Of a DNA stretch of 64,000 nucleotides, positions 1 to 12,790 are shown piece after piece. The translations under genes and the position numbers were made by a program. Origin of the DNA: Eutreptiella sp. 'Long Island Sound 2002' (lineage: Eukaryota > Protista > Euglenida); contig OZ038378.1 in assembly GCA_964036045.1 (NCBI GenBank), positions 78,616,001 to 78,680,000 on the forward strand, in the 5' to 3' direction. Position 1 is the first letter of the stretch; each line of letters begins with the position of its first letter. The notes below the pieces were generated by a model. The model did no database searches. It saw only the letters and a program-made list of their open reading frames with translations, and was not told where the DNA came from.

Positions 1-99
1 GCTGTGCAACGTAGTCCACCCACTACACACCCCCTTTGTGGTATGCACAACTCAACAACATGCAGCAATTGGACAAGCTCGAATCCGGACCCCTACGGC

Positions 100-1638
100 G
101 TCTGGACGCTGCCGCAAAATCTGGATCATGGTGTTCGGCCAAGAAGATCAAAACTATGGGCCTTTTCCCTAGATGAGATCTGGCAGTATATGCTGCGACC
201 TGTATGTGGCTTGCAGCGTGCAATCCTACTCGAAACCAACCATTGATCCCTGCTCCCATTGGTGGTATGTTGTGCGCGTTGTGCACGCTGTCCCCAAGGA
301 GTGGAACCGCTGTAGGACGCGCTAGGCTGGCCTGTGCCATCGAGATCCTTGTAGGACGCATTCGACAAGCAGCGTGTCTCTAGGCCGCAGAGGCAATGTT
401 AGAGGTAGCACTGTACACGCGTACGGCATGTCCAGTGTGTCGTATATGTCCTACAGTACTAGCACCTGCATCCCACTGTGCAGGTACAATGATTTCCTTA
501 TCTGCTTGGGAATGATACGCCCCATGCAGGAAGACGGGATATGGGACAAGTGCCACCTTGCATACAACAAGTATATTGCGTCCCTAGTCCCCCGGGAAAT
601 CTACTACCGTCTACAACGGTTATTACGGACCGATGTGACACATTTGATTGAGGAGTGCAACGCGAGATGGAGCGCTGCATGGGAAATTGGTGGGGCGATT
701 TGTGGGGACCAGGTTGTCATTTCCCACAGCGGTGGCCGGTGCCCGGGGCTACGGCAATACATTCCCTGTAAGCCCCATTCTACGAGCATCAAATGATACG
801 TCCTTGCGGACAATGGGGGGGGCTACGTGTTCGATGTCTACCTCTACACCGGGCGTGGCGGCCACGTCCAGCGCTTTGGGTCAAGTCGCGGCAAGTATGA
901 CGCTAAGGGTATCATGCGCCGGTTGCGAAGATGATGCCTCAGTCCACGTTCCTTTGTGCGGACAGCTTGTTCTGAAGTCATGGGCTTGCCGAGGAATTCG
1001 CGGCCCAACGTCGGCCGTTTCTCATGCTTTGGAAGCGTGATAAGCGAGATGCCGGCCTTACAAGGGCGGCCGCCCTTACTCAGGAGGGCGACGTGGCACG
1101 GGCAATCGCGGCCGACAAGAACTATTAACTTGCCGTGTACAAGAACCCAAACGTGGGGCACAAACCCCCCCCGCTTGGTCCCCTTCCTTACCAATTGTTG
1201 GTATGGGTAGGAGGTGCCCCAAGACCGGCGAGGGAGCCCTCTCCCTCCGGTCGTAGCATGTTACCGGGACTTCTCCTGTGCCGTAGATGGTGCCAACCAA
1301 ATGGCGCTGCAAATGCGCCAACTGGGGAGGCAAATGACCTGGAGCCACGTTGGGCGTGCCTTCATGGTGCGTTACGCGGGGGAAAAAATTTGCTAACACC
1401 AAGGCATTGGGATTCGTGGACGAGAAGACCACCATGTGGGAATTCCAATGGGGCAGCGGTACTTTAGCGGCACGGAGTTCAGCAACACGACGCCAACCGT
1501 TGCTGCCCCTACGGTGCAGGCACCGAACCGCGTTGCGAGCCGCCTCTTGTGCACGCATTGTCGCAGCGGGACTACGCGTGCGGGGCGTGCGGGAAGCACA
1601 TGCACATCAAGTGCTTTGTGGACGCCCACGATGTGTAG
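100..1638 (+). pseudogene. piggyBac-like (DDE_Tnp_1_7) transposase pseudogene, copy 1
   Basis: Broken frames give GDQVVISHSG..LRQYIPCKPHSTSIK*YVLADNGGGYVFDVYLYTG (first catalytic D region), VVACYRDFSCAVDGANQ (GVD motif) and a C-terminal Cys-rich domain CTHC..YACGACGKHMHIKCFVDAH* ending at 1638. Start is approximate. Confidence 0.85.
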
Positions 1639-2280
1639 TCTATCGTGGGCGTGACGGGGTGGAACGAGACGGTCAAGGCGGCGGAGGCCTTTGCCAGCCC
1701 CACCCATGGCACCAGTGCGAACCCTGGTGGAACAACCGCGTACGCTGGATACCCAACCGTGAGGACGCCCCCCCCTACCCCAACAGTGGTACTTTGTCAT
1801 ACGACACGTCTTGCGTGTCGTACGCATTGCGCGCGTATTACATCTGTGGCTCTCAATATGTCCTCAGAGCCACAAGAATCGTTCTACGCGTTCCCCATGT
1901 AGCGCGTCGCAGGACATTTTTTTAAATTCGTCCCCAACGCCTAGAACATTTCATGTGTCTCGTCACAAATGATGTCTCCGTAGACCAAGGAATATATCCG
2001 GTTGCACACATCGCGCTTATGGTACCACTGACGGACGTTTCTCTAGACGGGTCGCCCGATCGTCAAAAAGAAGGGTGAACATGGCCCTCAAAAGTCCAAG
2101 GACTTGCGCGAAACCCTGGCTTTCTCCTTGTGCTGCGCCATCAAGTCTTCGCAACACATCACCATGGACTGATTGGCTCGTGTGTGCACCTTGCGCAACG
2201 ACCGCCAGTACCAACATCATGTCCACGTACGATCTATGCGCTGCGGATGCTAACACATTTGCACGTACGCCCCCTTTCCT

Positions 2281-2432
2281 ATAACCACACCCGTAGCTGC
2301 AGACAAGTTTGTGTAACACCAGTCCATAGTCCTTCAATTAGACCGTAACCCCACCCGTAGCCGCACACATTTTTTGTGTAGCCTAGGTGCATAGTACGTC
2401 CATTTATCGTAACCTCAACCGTAGCTGTAGAC
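2281..2432 (+). repeat. Three copies of a 20-bp motif (GTAACCTCACCCGTAGCTGC-like), putative left subterminal repeats
   Basis: Copies at 2281, 2345 and 2409 each match 18/20 to the reverse complement of 5934-5953. Weaker copies lie at 3735 and 4397. Confidence 0.65.
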
Positions 2433-2519
2433 AATTTGCGTAGCCCACGCCCAAATGTTCTCATTTCATTCGCAATTGAGAGAGTGTAGGAGGCGGCCAA
2501 GAGCCTTGCTTGTTCCGCT

Positions 2520-3450
2520 TTGGCAGAGGATTCGGAGGGCAAGCCGCCGAGTTCCGCCATCCCCGGGGAGGGCATTCTTCTGGAGCCGTATGGACTCTTA
2601 GACGCTGCCACCGCTGCAGCCGTGCAGCCGAAGTGGGAGACACACTTGGTGGAGGGGATGTCCAACCTTTGTGCCCTCCGGTTCGGACAGCGTGCGCCAA
2701 CGCCCATGCATTTGAGGACACAAGACCTGGTGGACATGCCTCGGGATGAACTGAGCGAGAAGTATGTGCAAGCGCTGAAGCACATAAATGCCAGCCCCAA
2801 GATGCTCACGGGCCTCCACAACATCAGCCACTTGCCTGCAGCTGGGAATTTTCGCATACTTTTGCTTGAGGAGCGGGATCGCAGGGGGCACTGTCGAGCC
2901 AAGGCAAAGCGCAACGTGCGGGCACTGCGTACAAAATTGGGTGAGAGACTGTCTGAGGGAGAAGGGGACACCACCAACAACACCAATAGCGAAGCGAGGG
3001 AGGCCAGGCGCGCGGCATACCGGGAGCACCCCAGGACCTAGAGCAGGGCAAAGAGGCAAAGGTTGGCGGGATAAGAGGCGTAGGGACAGCAGGCACGGAA
3101 GAGCAGCATTCGGGAGCTCGGGGCGAAGCTGGCAGCTTTGGACAAAGAGAAGGACACGGTGGAAGCACGAGCCCCACCAACTCCACTAGCCCCACCAGTC
3201 CCACAGCCCCACCCATTGATGTGGATCCCGGAGCAGTGGTGGCAGCGGACGTAGCAGGGTTGGCAGCAGAGGCAGCACGGTCGGAGGGCCAGGAGGTAGA
3301 AGCGGAAGGGAAGAATGGCCGGGCTTCCGGTGCCGGCGGTAGCAGATGAGGAGCATGGCGTGGATGTCAATGTGGACCCAGAGTCGACACTTTTCACGCT
3401 GCAGCTGCTCCACGGCGACCGGGAAGCGACGGATGAACTTTTCCACACGG
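2520..3450 (+). pseudogene. Unknown coding-like frame (173-aa ORF plus broken Ala/acidic continuation), possible passenger gene of the piggyBac-like element
   Basis: ORF 2520-3041 has protein-like composition with a basic patch (AKAKRNVRALRTK). Downstream frames continue as coding-like text (VDPGAVVAADVAG..., DPESTLFTLQLLHGDRE). No family recognised. Confidence 0.35.
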
Positions 3451-4539
3451 TATGTTATCGTTTGTAGGCTGTTGTGGCTGCCTTGCCTTCATGCCAGATA
3501 GGTCAATAAAGGGGGTCATGACATCGGCGAGATCTCTTGTAGGTTGTCGTACTCTTTCCTTAGGTTGCCTCATTCATAGTCGGACAACATGTCTTGTGAG
3601 CCACCATGGATCCCCAGGTTCAAATTGCATAGTGGGACACCTCTCAAAACAGAGAAACAACCATGCCACTCTGGTAACCCGTATCGTGGCCCGTAGCCAC
3701 ACACAAGGTTGTGTATCCCGGAGAACTAGAAAATCTAACCCCGCCCGTAGCCGCAGAAAAGTCTAAGTAGCCCCGGTCCATGCAGATGGTTCACATGGGC
3801 GACACATGGAACACAAGGACGGGCACATGCACAACTGCATTGAATCTTTGCAACCAGTTGCACCAGTTTGCAACAGGTACATTCGAAGCACAATGTTCCC
3901 CGGGCTCGCAACATATGCATAGCGGCCACAAGCGCGGAACAAGACACATAATTGAAGCATAGTCATCGGCAATCTTGGGGGCGAGGGAACGCACCACGCC
4001 TCACCATCATCGGGCCTCGACACCCCAATGACTAGAGGCCGGGCGACGTGCGGTCACCTGCCAAATGCACTGTAGCGTGGGGATGAGTCCTCCCCACTAC
4101 TCAAATGCGTCAACGCCACAAAATCATCCCCGTCGTCCAAAAGAGATGCTTTCATGGGGACACAATCATGCACAAAAACTGGGGCCGGCGGGTCCGGGGT
4201 GCCCCGGCGCAAAAAGCGCTGTACAAAATCGGTAGTATAGAAATACTGGCCACCTTGAAACAAGGTGGACCATCGGGGGACGTTGGAACGCAGTACGCAC
4301 AAGCAAGAGAAAGAGTCGGTCCCTACTGGTCGGCGTCACATGTCGTCCAACCCGTCCATCGTCTGAGTCATACACAAGAGGTGTGGTACATGGCACGTAA
4401 CCCTGCCCGTAACCGCAAACACGATAACGTAGCCTCCGGTACTACAAGTCGTATCAGCACCCGCAAACGCCGACGCAATTATGTAGCGTCGGAGAAATTA
4501 AGCGTCACGGCAGACAGAATTGCGTAGCCTAGAGCATCC

Positions 4540-5732
4540 TCAAGCAAGCTAGGCTTTCGACGCGTGCGCGGCGCACAGTGGTGCGGTTCTTGCTGTTCAC
4601 GATCCTCCTCGCCATGGTTCAACCACGGTGGATAGATGATGTTTGGGTCCCCAAGGCGCTATGCTACATTGCTCCGTTCAGCCAGCTGCTAACGCGTCGT
4701 GAGTACTACACCCTAAATCGTGTACTTCAACCCGATCTAACACTCTTTTTCGAGCGTTGCAATTTCGCTTTGCCAAGGTTTTGGGTGTTGGGAACCGCCG
4801 TTATGGGGGATGAATCACTAGTACCCCATAGGGGCGTGTGCACAGGGCCTTTGCGTCAATTCATACCCGGAAAATGCCCATTCAATTGCGGTAAAGTGTT
4901 ATGTATTACCGGATGCGGTGGAGCCATTCGTTACCGATGTGTATCTCTACGTGGAGGCAGGTGGCAAACTACGCCGTGCATCCACTGTGCAAGGTAACAT
5001 GACTGCACAGCAAATAGTACATTACCGGACCGATGTCCTCCCCCATGACACCGCTCTGCTTGCCGACGCCGTTTTTGGAAGCCACGAGACTGCCCAGGGG
5101 TTAGTTGCCAGAGGCACACCTCTTTTAATGTTATGCTCACGCGATTAGCGCGGTGTAAGTGAGGCAAGTGATCTACTTGAAGAGGGATGTCTAGCCATTG
5201 CCACAATCACCACTACCAACTACGCCGTGCATGTGTATAAAAATCCGCAGGTGTGCCAAGGAACCCTCTAGGTGGTACCACTTCTGTCAAATTGCTGATT
5301 TTCGGAGGAGATGGTAGTCCACAACAGACGTGCATATGAAATTCGGCCCGCCATCCGGTGTTACCATGCACTTGGGGGGGGGGTCGATAGTGCAAATCAA
5401 CTCGGTTTGCAACACCGTGAAATAAGAAGGTTTCACAAATGGAGTGTTGCGGTGCGCTCGTTCCTCATGGGGTATGCTTTCGTTAAAACAATTTTACATC
5501 CGCGAAGTGTTCTCAATTATCCAAGCTTGGCACAACCATGTGGGAAGTCCAATGGGACCTCCTCAACACCTGACATTGAGAGCCTTTCCCACCACTGGCA
5601 CTAAATGTTCCGACAGCAGCAAACCGGGCAGCATGTGTTCATCGTGGGGAACCTTGTTCCACACGATGTGCTACTTGCAAAGTAAACCTTAATGCGAAAA
5701 GGTGCTTTGAACATTGGCATTTGAATAAATAA
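4540..5732 (+). pseudogene. piggyBac-like transposase pseudogene, copy 2
   Basis: GDESLVPHRG..LRQFIPGK (D1), LLADAVFGS (D2), YHALGGGVDSANQ (D3) and a terminal CxxC...CFEHWHLNK* at 5732, with frameshifts between segments. Confidence 0.88.
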
Positions 5733-5789
5733 AGTTGTCGGCTGCGCAATTTTGTATGCGCCTACAGATCATATTGCATAAAACAAGGG

Positions 5790-5953
5790 CAGGGGGTTGG
5801 GGGTGAGGGTTACGTTTAGTCGTCTACAGCTTCATACGGGGACACGAAACTTGCCACCCGGGGTTGCATCAAGCTGTCTACGGCTCAGTATGAGGATACC
5901 AAATTTGCCACCCGAGATTACATCAGTCTCTTTGCAGCTACGGGTGAGGTTAC
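5790..5953 (-). repeat. Right-end inverted copies of the 20-bp subterminal motif
   Basis: GCAGCTACGGGTGAGGTTAC (5934-5953) is the reverse complement of the 2281-2432 motifs. A second GGGTGAGGGTTAC lies near 5800-5813. Confidence 0.6.
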
Positions 5954-8900
5954 ATCCCGGTTACATTGTCTGAATCCTTCGTGAAATCAAAAAAACCTCC
6001 GTACCTCAATGTAGTTGAAGGGTAAAAAAGGCTTAGCCCCTTGGCTGGGCCAAAAGTAGATGTCTCCTCAGATAAAGGAATATGTGGGGGCAAACTGTCA
6101 AGCTGGACACGGTGATGGGTATGACCCCATGTAGCACAACGGCAGGCCAAATGGCGGCCGTAGTTGAAAAATTGCTAGGTTGCCCCGCGGACCTGGAGCA
6201 TAAAATCCGCTTGCCAGAGGCATGCAGATGCGTGTGGCTCTTACAGCTGAACACCAATCCCCTTGTCCTGGTTCTGCAGAGTCTACATGCAGGTGTTGCC
6301 CACCTTGACTGCCGTACCAATGTAATCATTCTCCGTTCCGACATGCACCCTAGCGGCCTCACACTCAGTCAATGGCACATTACATCACCCTCACGTTGCA
6401 ACGCCATTTCTGAAGGCTTTGTGAGCACCCTCCCATTGCTGTGTGACCAGAACACCACGGACACATATTCGGCCAAAATGCCCATGAAAACCAACTGGGT
6501 GACAGGTGGCACACACCTACAAATAACGTGGTCTCTCACGTGGGTTGCCAAGGACGGGCCATACCAGCACATTTACCCCCGCCCCAACCCCACTGGGCAC
6601 ATCCCTCCCATTAGACAAACGCCGGTGGCATGAACCATTTTTGCGCCAATGGACAGCGCTCACCAGCGACCCCAGTTTGGTGCGCCGGCCCCAACACAAA
6701 TGGGTATGCCATCTTGATGCCATGAATAAGCTCCTTGCCATTGCCCCATGCCGAAGGCTTCGCCGCCTCTACCTTTCTGCAAAAAAACCCTACTGCCGCT
6801 TGATATTGATGGTGCAAGGATGTACATATCGACTTTGTGCACTGTTGCCACATGGCAACAATGATGCCTACCCCACATGGGAATCTGTACGCCAAGCCAC
6901 CGTGGGGTCTGCCCTCATTGTCCTCTTAAAGCTGTTACTTGAGCGACTGGCTAATGCGCAAGCATCAGCCTTCTACTCATCCCTCCTTGCTTGCGCCAAA
7001 CGATGCTAGCGGTCCTAGCATGTGACTGTGCCATGGTATATTTGAGAACAAAATATCAAGGATGTGAAAGAGAAATGAGGAAGGAAGTGGGTATTTGAGG
7101 ATGTGACAAAAACATGGGTAAAATTGCTGCAACAAGCCGTGTGGGCGTCTTGTTCTTCATAGCCTTCATCCTCCTCGGTCTCCTCCTATTCATCGAACAA
7201 TTCAACATACCGGGCCCGGATTGTCACAACTTACAAGAAGAGGGCAAATGGGAACGTGCACAATGTGCAAAAATTGAAAGCTTGGGTCACCAAAGAAATG
7301 TCGACACACAACCAAATCAAATATCAACTAGGCATTGCACACCCGTGAATAAGCCACAACCAGGCTTTTTCTGGGAGATGGGGGTCACACAGTGGTTGTG
7401 GCCCCGGCCTTTATGCCAGATCGACGGCCCTAGACCTTGGAAGACGCCTCGTCGATGAAGCGTACCTTGTTGGACTGGGGCATAATCGTGGACACCAAAC
7501 CCGCAAAGAATGTCTTCGGGGCCTTGTTGTCCTATCAAAAGGATCAAGGAAGAAAGGACCCCAAATTTGCGAAGACGAAAACAGCGCACCGAAGAAAGCA
7601 ACATCACTTTGCTTTGAACCTGGCCCACAGCGGCTCCTGGCACACTGTGAAGTGGCGTATTTGATAAAAAAAAAAGGAAAGTTACATGACATTTGCAAGG
7701 AAGGAATCGGGGATGGCAAACGTGCCACACCACTATGGTGTCCTACGTGAGCTTCTCCGGCTTGACCACGGCGAGATGGCCGCCATCAAATTGGTACTTG
7801 ACGGGGCAGGGAAGTGGGCTACACACCATTGTGCAAATACAGCCCCAATTGCCGAGAATATGAAAAGGAGTAGTTGGGGTGCGTGTGTGCACCCCGCCAG
7901 CTGCATACTGCAGTTGCTTGGCTATATCCCTGGACGCACTTAGACCACGTAGTTGCATCATGCAGCCGGCTGGCTGCAAGTATGGAGCCCCATGCCTACC
8001 ACAATGAGACTGAGACGTCATTTGGCTGCGCCATGCAGCCTCAGTGCATGTTTTGGTGGCACAACAAGCAGTTTGCGCGCACACAAGGGAGCACAAAAAG
8101 CTGGTTGGCTGCACGTTTGTAGCCAAACACAAAAACGTGAAATCCTCCAAAATGAAAACTTTCATTGCGTTCGGCATGTTCAAAAACCGACGTATACCCA
8201 TTTTCATCATAATTCAACACGGGTTATTTTTTCGGCTGCATACTTGGCCCCACCGCCCCCCCCCCCCCCGTATAAAGGAATATGCACCATATGAATGGAA
8301 GACAAAACTCTCAGTATGGTGTTGTGGATCTTTGGTGAGACGTGGATTAAAGCCATGGGAACATTATTCTGCAAGCTCGATAGTACTATGCACGGTATGG
8401 GTGTCGGTGTACTATCTTGTGGACAGAGGATCTCATGTACGAGAGAGGCTACCACTATGAATTGGGCAAACAAATTTATGAGGAATCTCTTGTCTCTCTG
8501 ATCCACCATCGGAAAAGCTCATCTAATTTGTTTTTTGGCACATCACGGACAATATGTGGTCCCTCACGCGGTTGTTGTTGCCAAAACGTTTGAAGGCCGT
8601 GCGGCTCGGCACTATGGCATAAATGGACCAACGCTCATGTGCGCGCACTTTGCGTGTCAATTCCCATTTGTAAGATTCCAAATTACACTGGGTCGGCGAT
8701 GTTTTGCACGATAGATCCTCCTATAGACCCCCCATAGATTAAAGCCCCCTGCACCACCGAAGGCCAGCTCATTGTCTACCCCACAAAGGCCCCCCCCCCC
8801 GTAGCCCTTGGAGAAGAAGGTCGCCCTCCCCAGCATTGCTTTTCAAAAGACGCTAACCCCCCCCAAGACCGAAGGTCCCACGTGCTGCCAGCCGGGCGTT

Positions 8901-11329
8901 GCGTGTCCCAGTTTCCGCGGTTGGATCCACATTGCCACCCGAACACTGGGCATATACCTTCATGTGGAGTGGAAGTATACTGCTTCCTTCCGCTTCGGTG
9001 TGCGCTGCATCACACCGTGCTTCATTCATTTCCGCATTTCCCAATGTGTCAAACACACACTACCGAACGTATTTGGGAGGCACGCCAAAGAGCACGCGTG
9101 CGTACTACAAAGAGATTTCTTTCTATGCGACGAGTCTCGTCTCTTGGGCGCCGGGGGATATTTTTGAGGTGTGTCTTCATACTTAGCGTACGGGGTTTTT
9201 GCCCATACCAACCTGAAAAACCTTTTCCTGTGCATCCTGAAATTTTTTAGCCAACCCTATTGTCTTCCCAATTTAGGCCTTGACCGAGTGCCATGCGGGC
9301 TTGGCGGGGGCCACAAGCGGAGCCGAGATGACGTTGAAGCTGTACTAGAACAGAGCAAAGACTACCGCAACATCTTCCACTAGGTAGGCAGGTGTGTTTT
9401 GCGTAATTCCATACACACCCCGCCTTTCGTCGGCTGCATCATGCATCCTACTGGCTACACCGTGTAGCCATACGGCCGCATCTGTGTGTTTTTCTTGCGA
9501 TGCCGCCTTTCACGTCTTTCACGGAAGATACTGGCCTCGTCCATTGACTGCAGCAACTACGATGGCGCCGTCAAAAGTGATGACCAGCAAGCAGAGACCG
9601 ACGCTGAAGGTAGTGGTGGAGTGCCAGTCCCCACCTCCCCGACCGGCTCCGACTTCCCAACCATTGCACCTTGCCCCGGATTTCACCCCGGCCCCCCGTC
9701 CATCACGGATGTGGGGAATGTGGCGGCCCTCTAAGATGAATTCCTCATTGACCGGTACCATGAGGTAACTCATTCATTTGGGCACGGCAGGTACGAGATC
9801 ACGGAGCAGAGGTCCCGGCTAGTCCCGGAGCCGCGTGGACCGCTCGTTATTTTGATGCACACAGAGTATGAAGAAAGAAAGAGAAACCTACGCACATGCT
9901 GTTGGTGTTGTTCTCCTATTGTGGCCAGCACAATCACAAATCACCCATGTAGGCCTTCAATTACAGGCCCCTGTGGATTTGGAGGAAAGCAATCGGCGGC
10001 GGACTGGGGCAGATTAGTTGGTTCACCCCAAGGCCAGTTGGGCCCAGTAAATGGCTCCTCAGCTCCGTCGGCCCACTCACCCCCCTCAGCCCACTCATGC
10101 CCAACACCCGGCGGGCACCGTTGGTCCCGGCACCCATATCCTCATCCCCAGCCCAACGTTCCCCACCAAGACGGTGCTGCAGCAGCTTGGAGGTGCTCGT
10201 GTCCCGTGCGACCCGGACCGCACGCTTGAGGGCGCCCTGTCGTTCTCCGGGGTACACATGCCTTTGCACAGGGATACGTGGGTTAACAAGATGGCTCTAT
10301 AGTGCAGCCAGCGGGCTGCAATTTGTGTGGCCCAATGGCTGCATTCTGCGGCTGCATTCTGCAGCTGAAGGGAATACAGCACGCACCACCCGTTATGACC
10401 CCCTTTCCATTTTTGTCACCCTGTTTAACTGTGGTGCAGGCCACCGGAAGTCAACGTGAAGATGCTGATGAGAAGAAGGAAGAGACGAAGGAAAAACGAA
10501 CATGAACCGGAAGGAAAGGACGAAGAGAGAGAGAACAGTGGCAGGAAAGGGAGCCGGGTGGGGTTGAGGGTGAGGTTGAGGGTGGCCGCCATGCAGCCTA
10601 TAGGTCCAGTGATGACATACAGATAATTGAGAGACTCTCCTTCTTTTCGTCCCACCACATCACACACGACACACCGCCACCGCCCATCGCTGGTCGCCCA
10701 CACAAGCAGTGGCGCTAGATACCCCTCCGTGGGGATCATAACGATCGGGAGATTCGGAGCTCTGCGAGGTGCAGGCAACTGCTTATAATGTAGCCGCAAA
10801 TTGGAAGATGCCTACATAGTGCAGCCACATGGCTGCATGTTTGTTGCCATCTGGCTGCATCAGGTAGCCGATTCGCTGCACCACATGCAATGCCTCTTTT
10901 GCAATAGGTTACTACAAAATGACTTTCCAAGCACGAGATCTAGCTCCGTGGGAAGCCTAAACAAAAGTGTATGCACCACATTGGGGGCTTTATATATCAT
11001 AAACTGACGGGCAATGTTGTGCAAAGCCTCTGGAACTGGGGGACCTTATCAGATGCTATGAGGGAGGTTGCAAGGGGCTTGCCCAGAGAGGCTTGCTTTG
11101 ATGATCCTACACTCTTAGAGCATGTGGGGTCTATGGCATGGGACCATTACGCCTTCCGTACAACCAACACTGTGGTGTGATATTTTATTGACAATTACCT
11201 ACCAACTACTTTACTGATCCACTTTTCTCCCTGCTACTCTGCACAAATGTCGTCAGGGTGTTTTCTTGACCAAAAATAGGCGACCGGCCTAGCGATTACC
11301 ACATCCTTGGCAGAGGCACGAGCACAACG

Positions 11330-12790
11330 AATCGAAATGGATGCACACGAAATGTCCACCTTCACAAGTGTAATGGATTGAAAAGAGCAAACGTGCTGTT
11401 CGGCGATCCCTTGGGTGGCAAGTGCCCGTTGCGAAACATGGAGGCAGGGAACATCATTTGAAGAATGATGTGGCCCATTCACCATGCTACCCGCCAGCAT
11501 CTTGTTAGGAGCGGGAGGTCCACGTTGGTGCGCAATGTTTGGGCGTACCTTGCATTGAACTTTTGGCCCGGGATGCTCCGGTCGAGGTTTGTTAGCGACA
11601 TCTTCGATGAGAAGCAGCCCGACCGACAACCCAAGGCGGCTAAGTCAGTGGCCAACCTACATAGGCATACTATGATGTTGAGGCATTGCAATGTCCATGT
11701 AACCGACCTGATTTGAGCTTGCAACGTGTTTTGGTCGGCAGTTTTCAACAAGGCCGACCTGTGGCAAATCACGAGGCCATTGTTGCCCATAAGGGGAAGC
11801 GCACCCTGCGGCATCATTGAGTATGTATTCATGACACCCCACTCAACGGGGAGGAAATTTTATGTGATGTGTGATTCAATGACCTTTTTTTCTCTTCGAG
11901 TGTATTCATACACGGGCACACATGGGATACTCCGACGAAGGAGAGTGCACCTGGCAGGCAGTTTTTTTGCCGCAAAAATTGTGCACCATTTCGCAGCCCC
12001 AGTAAACCCAGACGTCCTTATCGTAGACAACAGGTTTTTGCGGATCACACAAGTTGGCGGGGGCACTAGCAAGCAGGCCGAAAGGCTTCTTGTTCCTTGT
12101 GAAGAGAGAACAACTGGGGCTACAAGAGGCGGGTGGGGTCTTGAGGAAAGGGGAGTCGTGTGTGACCACGAAAGGAGGAGAGGGCGACGCCCTCCATGTA
12201 TATAAACGTTGAAAACATGGGAGGGAAGGCTCCTCGTGTGGTGCCAGCTCTAACAAACTGCACCGACGAGGAGGAGCATACGGTGTTTCACACAGGCAAG
12301 CCAGTCCATGGAATAATCGAGGCTTACAAAAATATGGTCCGGGGGGGGGGGGGGTAGACACGGCCAATTTGTTGGCCTTGCAATTGACAAAGTGCGGCAT
12401 GTTTGGAAAGTGGTCGTTTCTAGTGCGCTATGCAGTAGCAAATGCCTACATTGCAGCCCGCAGCAGTGGAATTGCTTCCCCCCATTGCTCCATGTGGGAT
12501 TTTCGGCTATAGGTGTTGGCGAGTTGGTTTTCCTTGGAAAAGCAACGGCCACAACAAGGCAATAGGCGACATTATGCAAAGTATGGGGTACGCCATGTTT
12601 GGTATTGCCCACCATGCACTGTTGAGTTGCATTTGAGGAGCTGGCACGCAGACCATGCAGCATAACATGTTGTCACAATGATTGTTCAAATGTGCAATGT
12701 GCTGGTGGTTCACGGCTTTAGGGGTTGCCGGTTGCAGACATGGGTGAGTACAACAATTTCTCTACATTATGCATGTGCATGGCTCCATGA
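11330..12790 (+). pseudogene. piggyBac-like transposase pseudogene, copy 3 (most decayed)
   Basis: LLPIRGSAPCGIIEYVFMTPHSTGRKFYVMCDS..YSYTG, LIVDNRF (D2) and YKNMVRGGGVDTANLLAL (D3), followed by a Cys/His-rich tail. Boundaries are approximate. Confidence 0.8.

Noticed and set aside
6000-10500. Host genes in the coding-like fragments at 6-7, 7.4-8.7 and 9.2-10.5 kb (also 13.1-14 and 55.6-57.5 kb)
   Set aside because: Short broken frames with no recognisable motifs or consistent splice structure. Probably old TE debris, but I cannot assign them.
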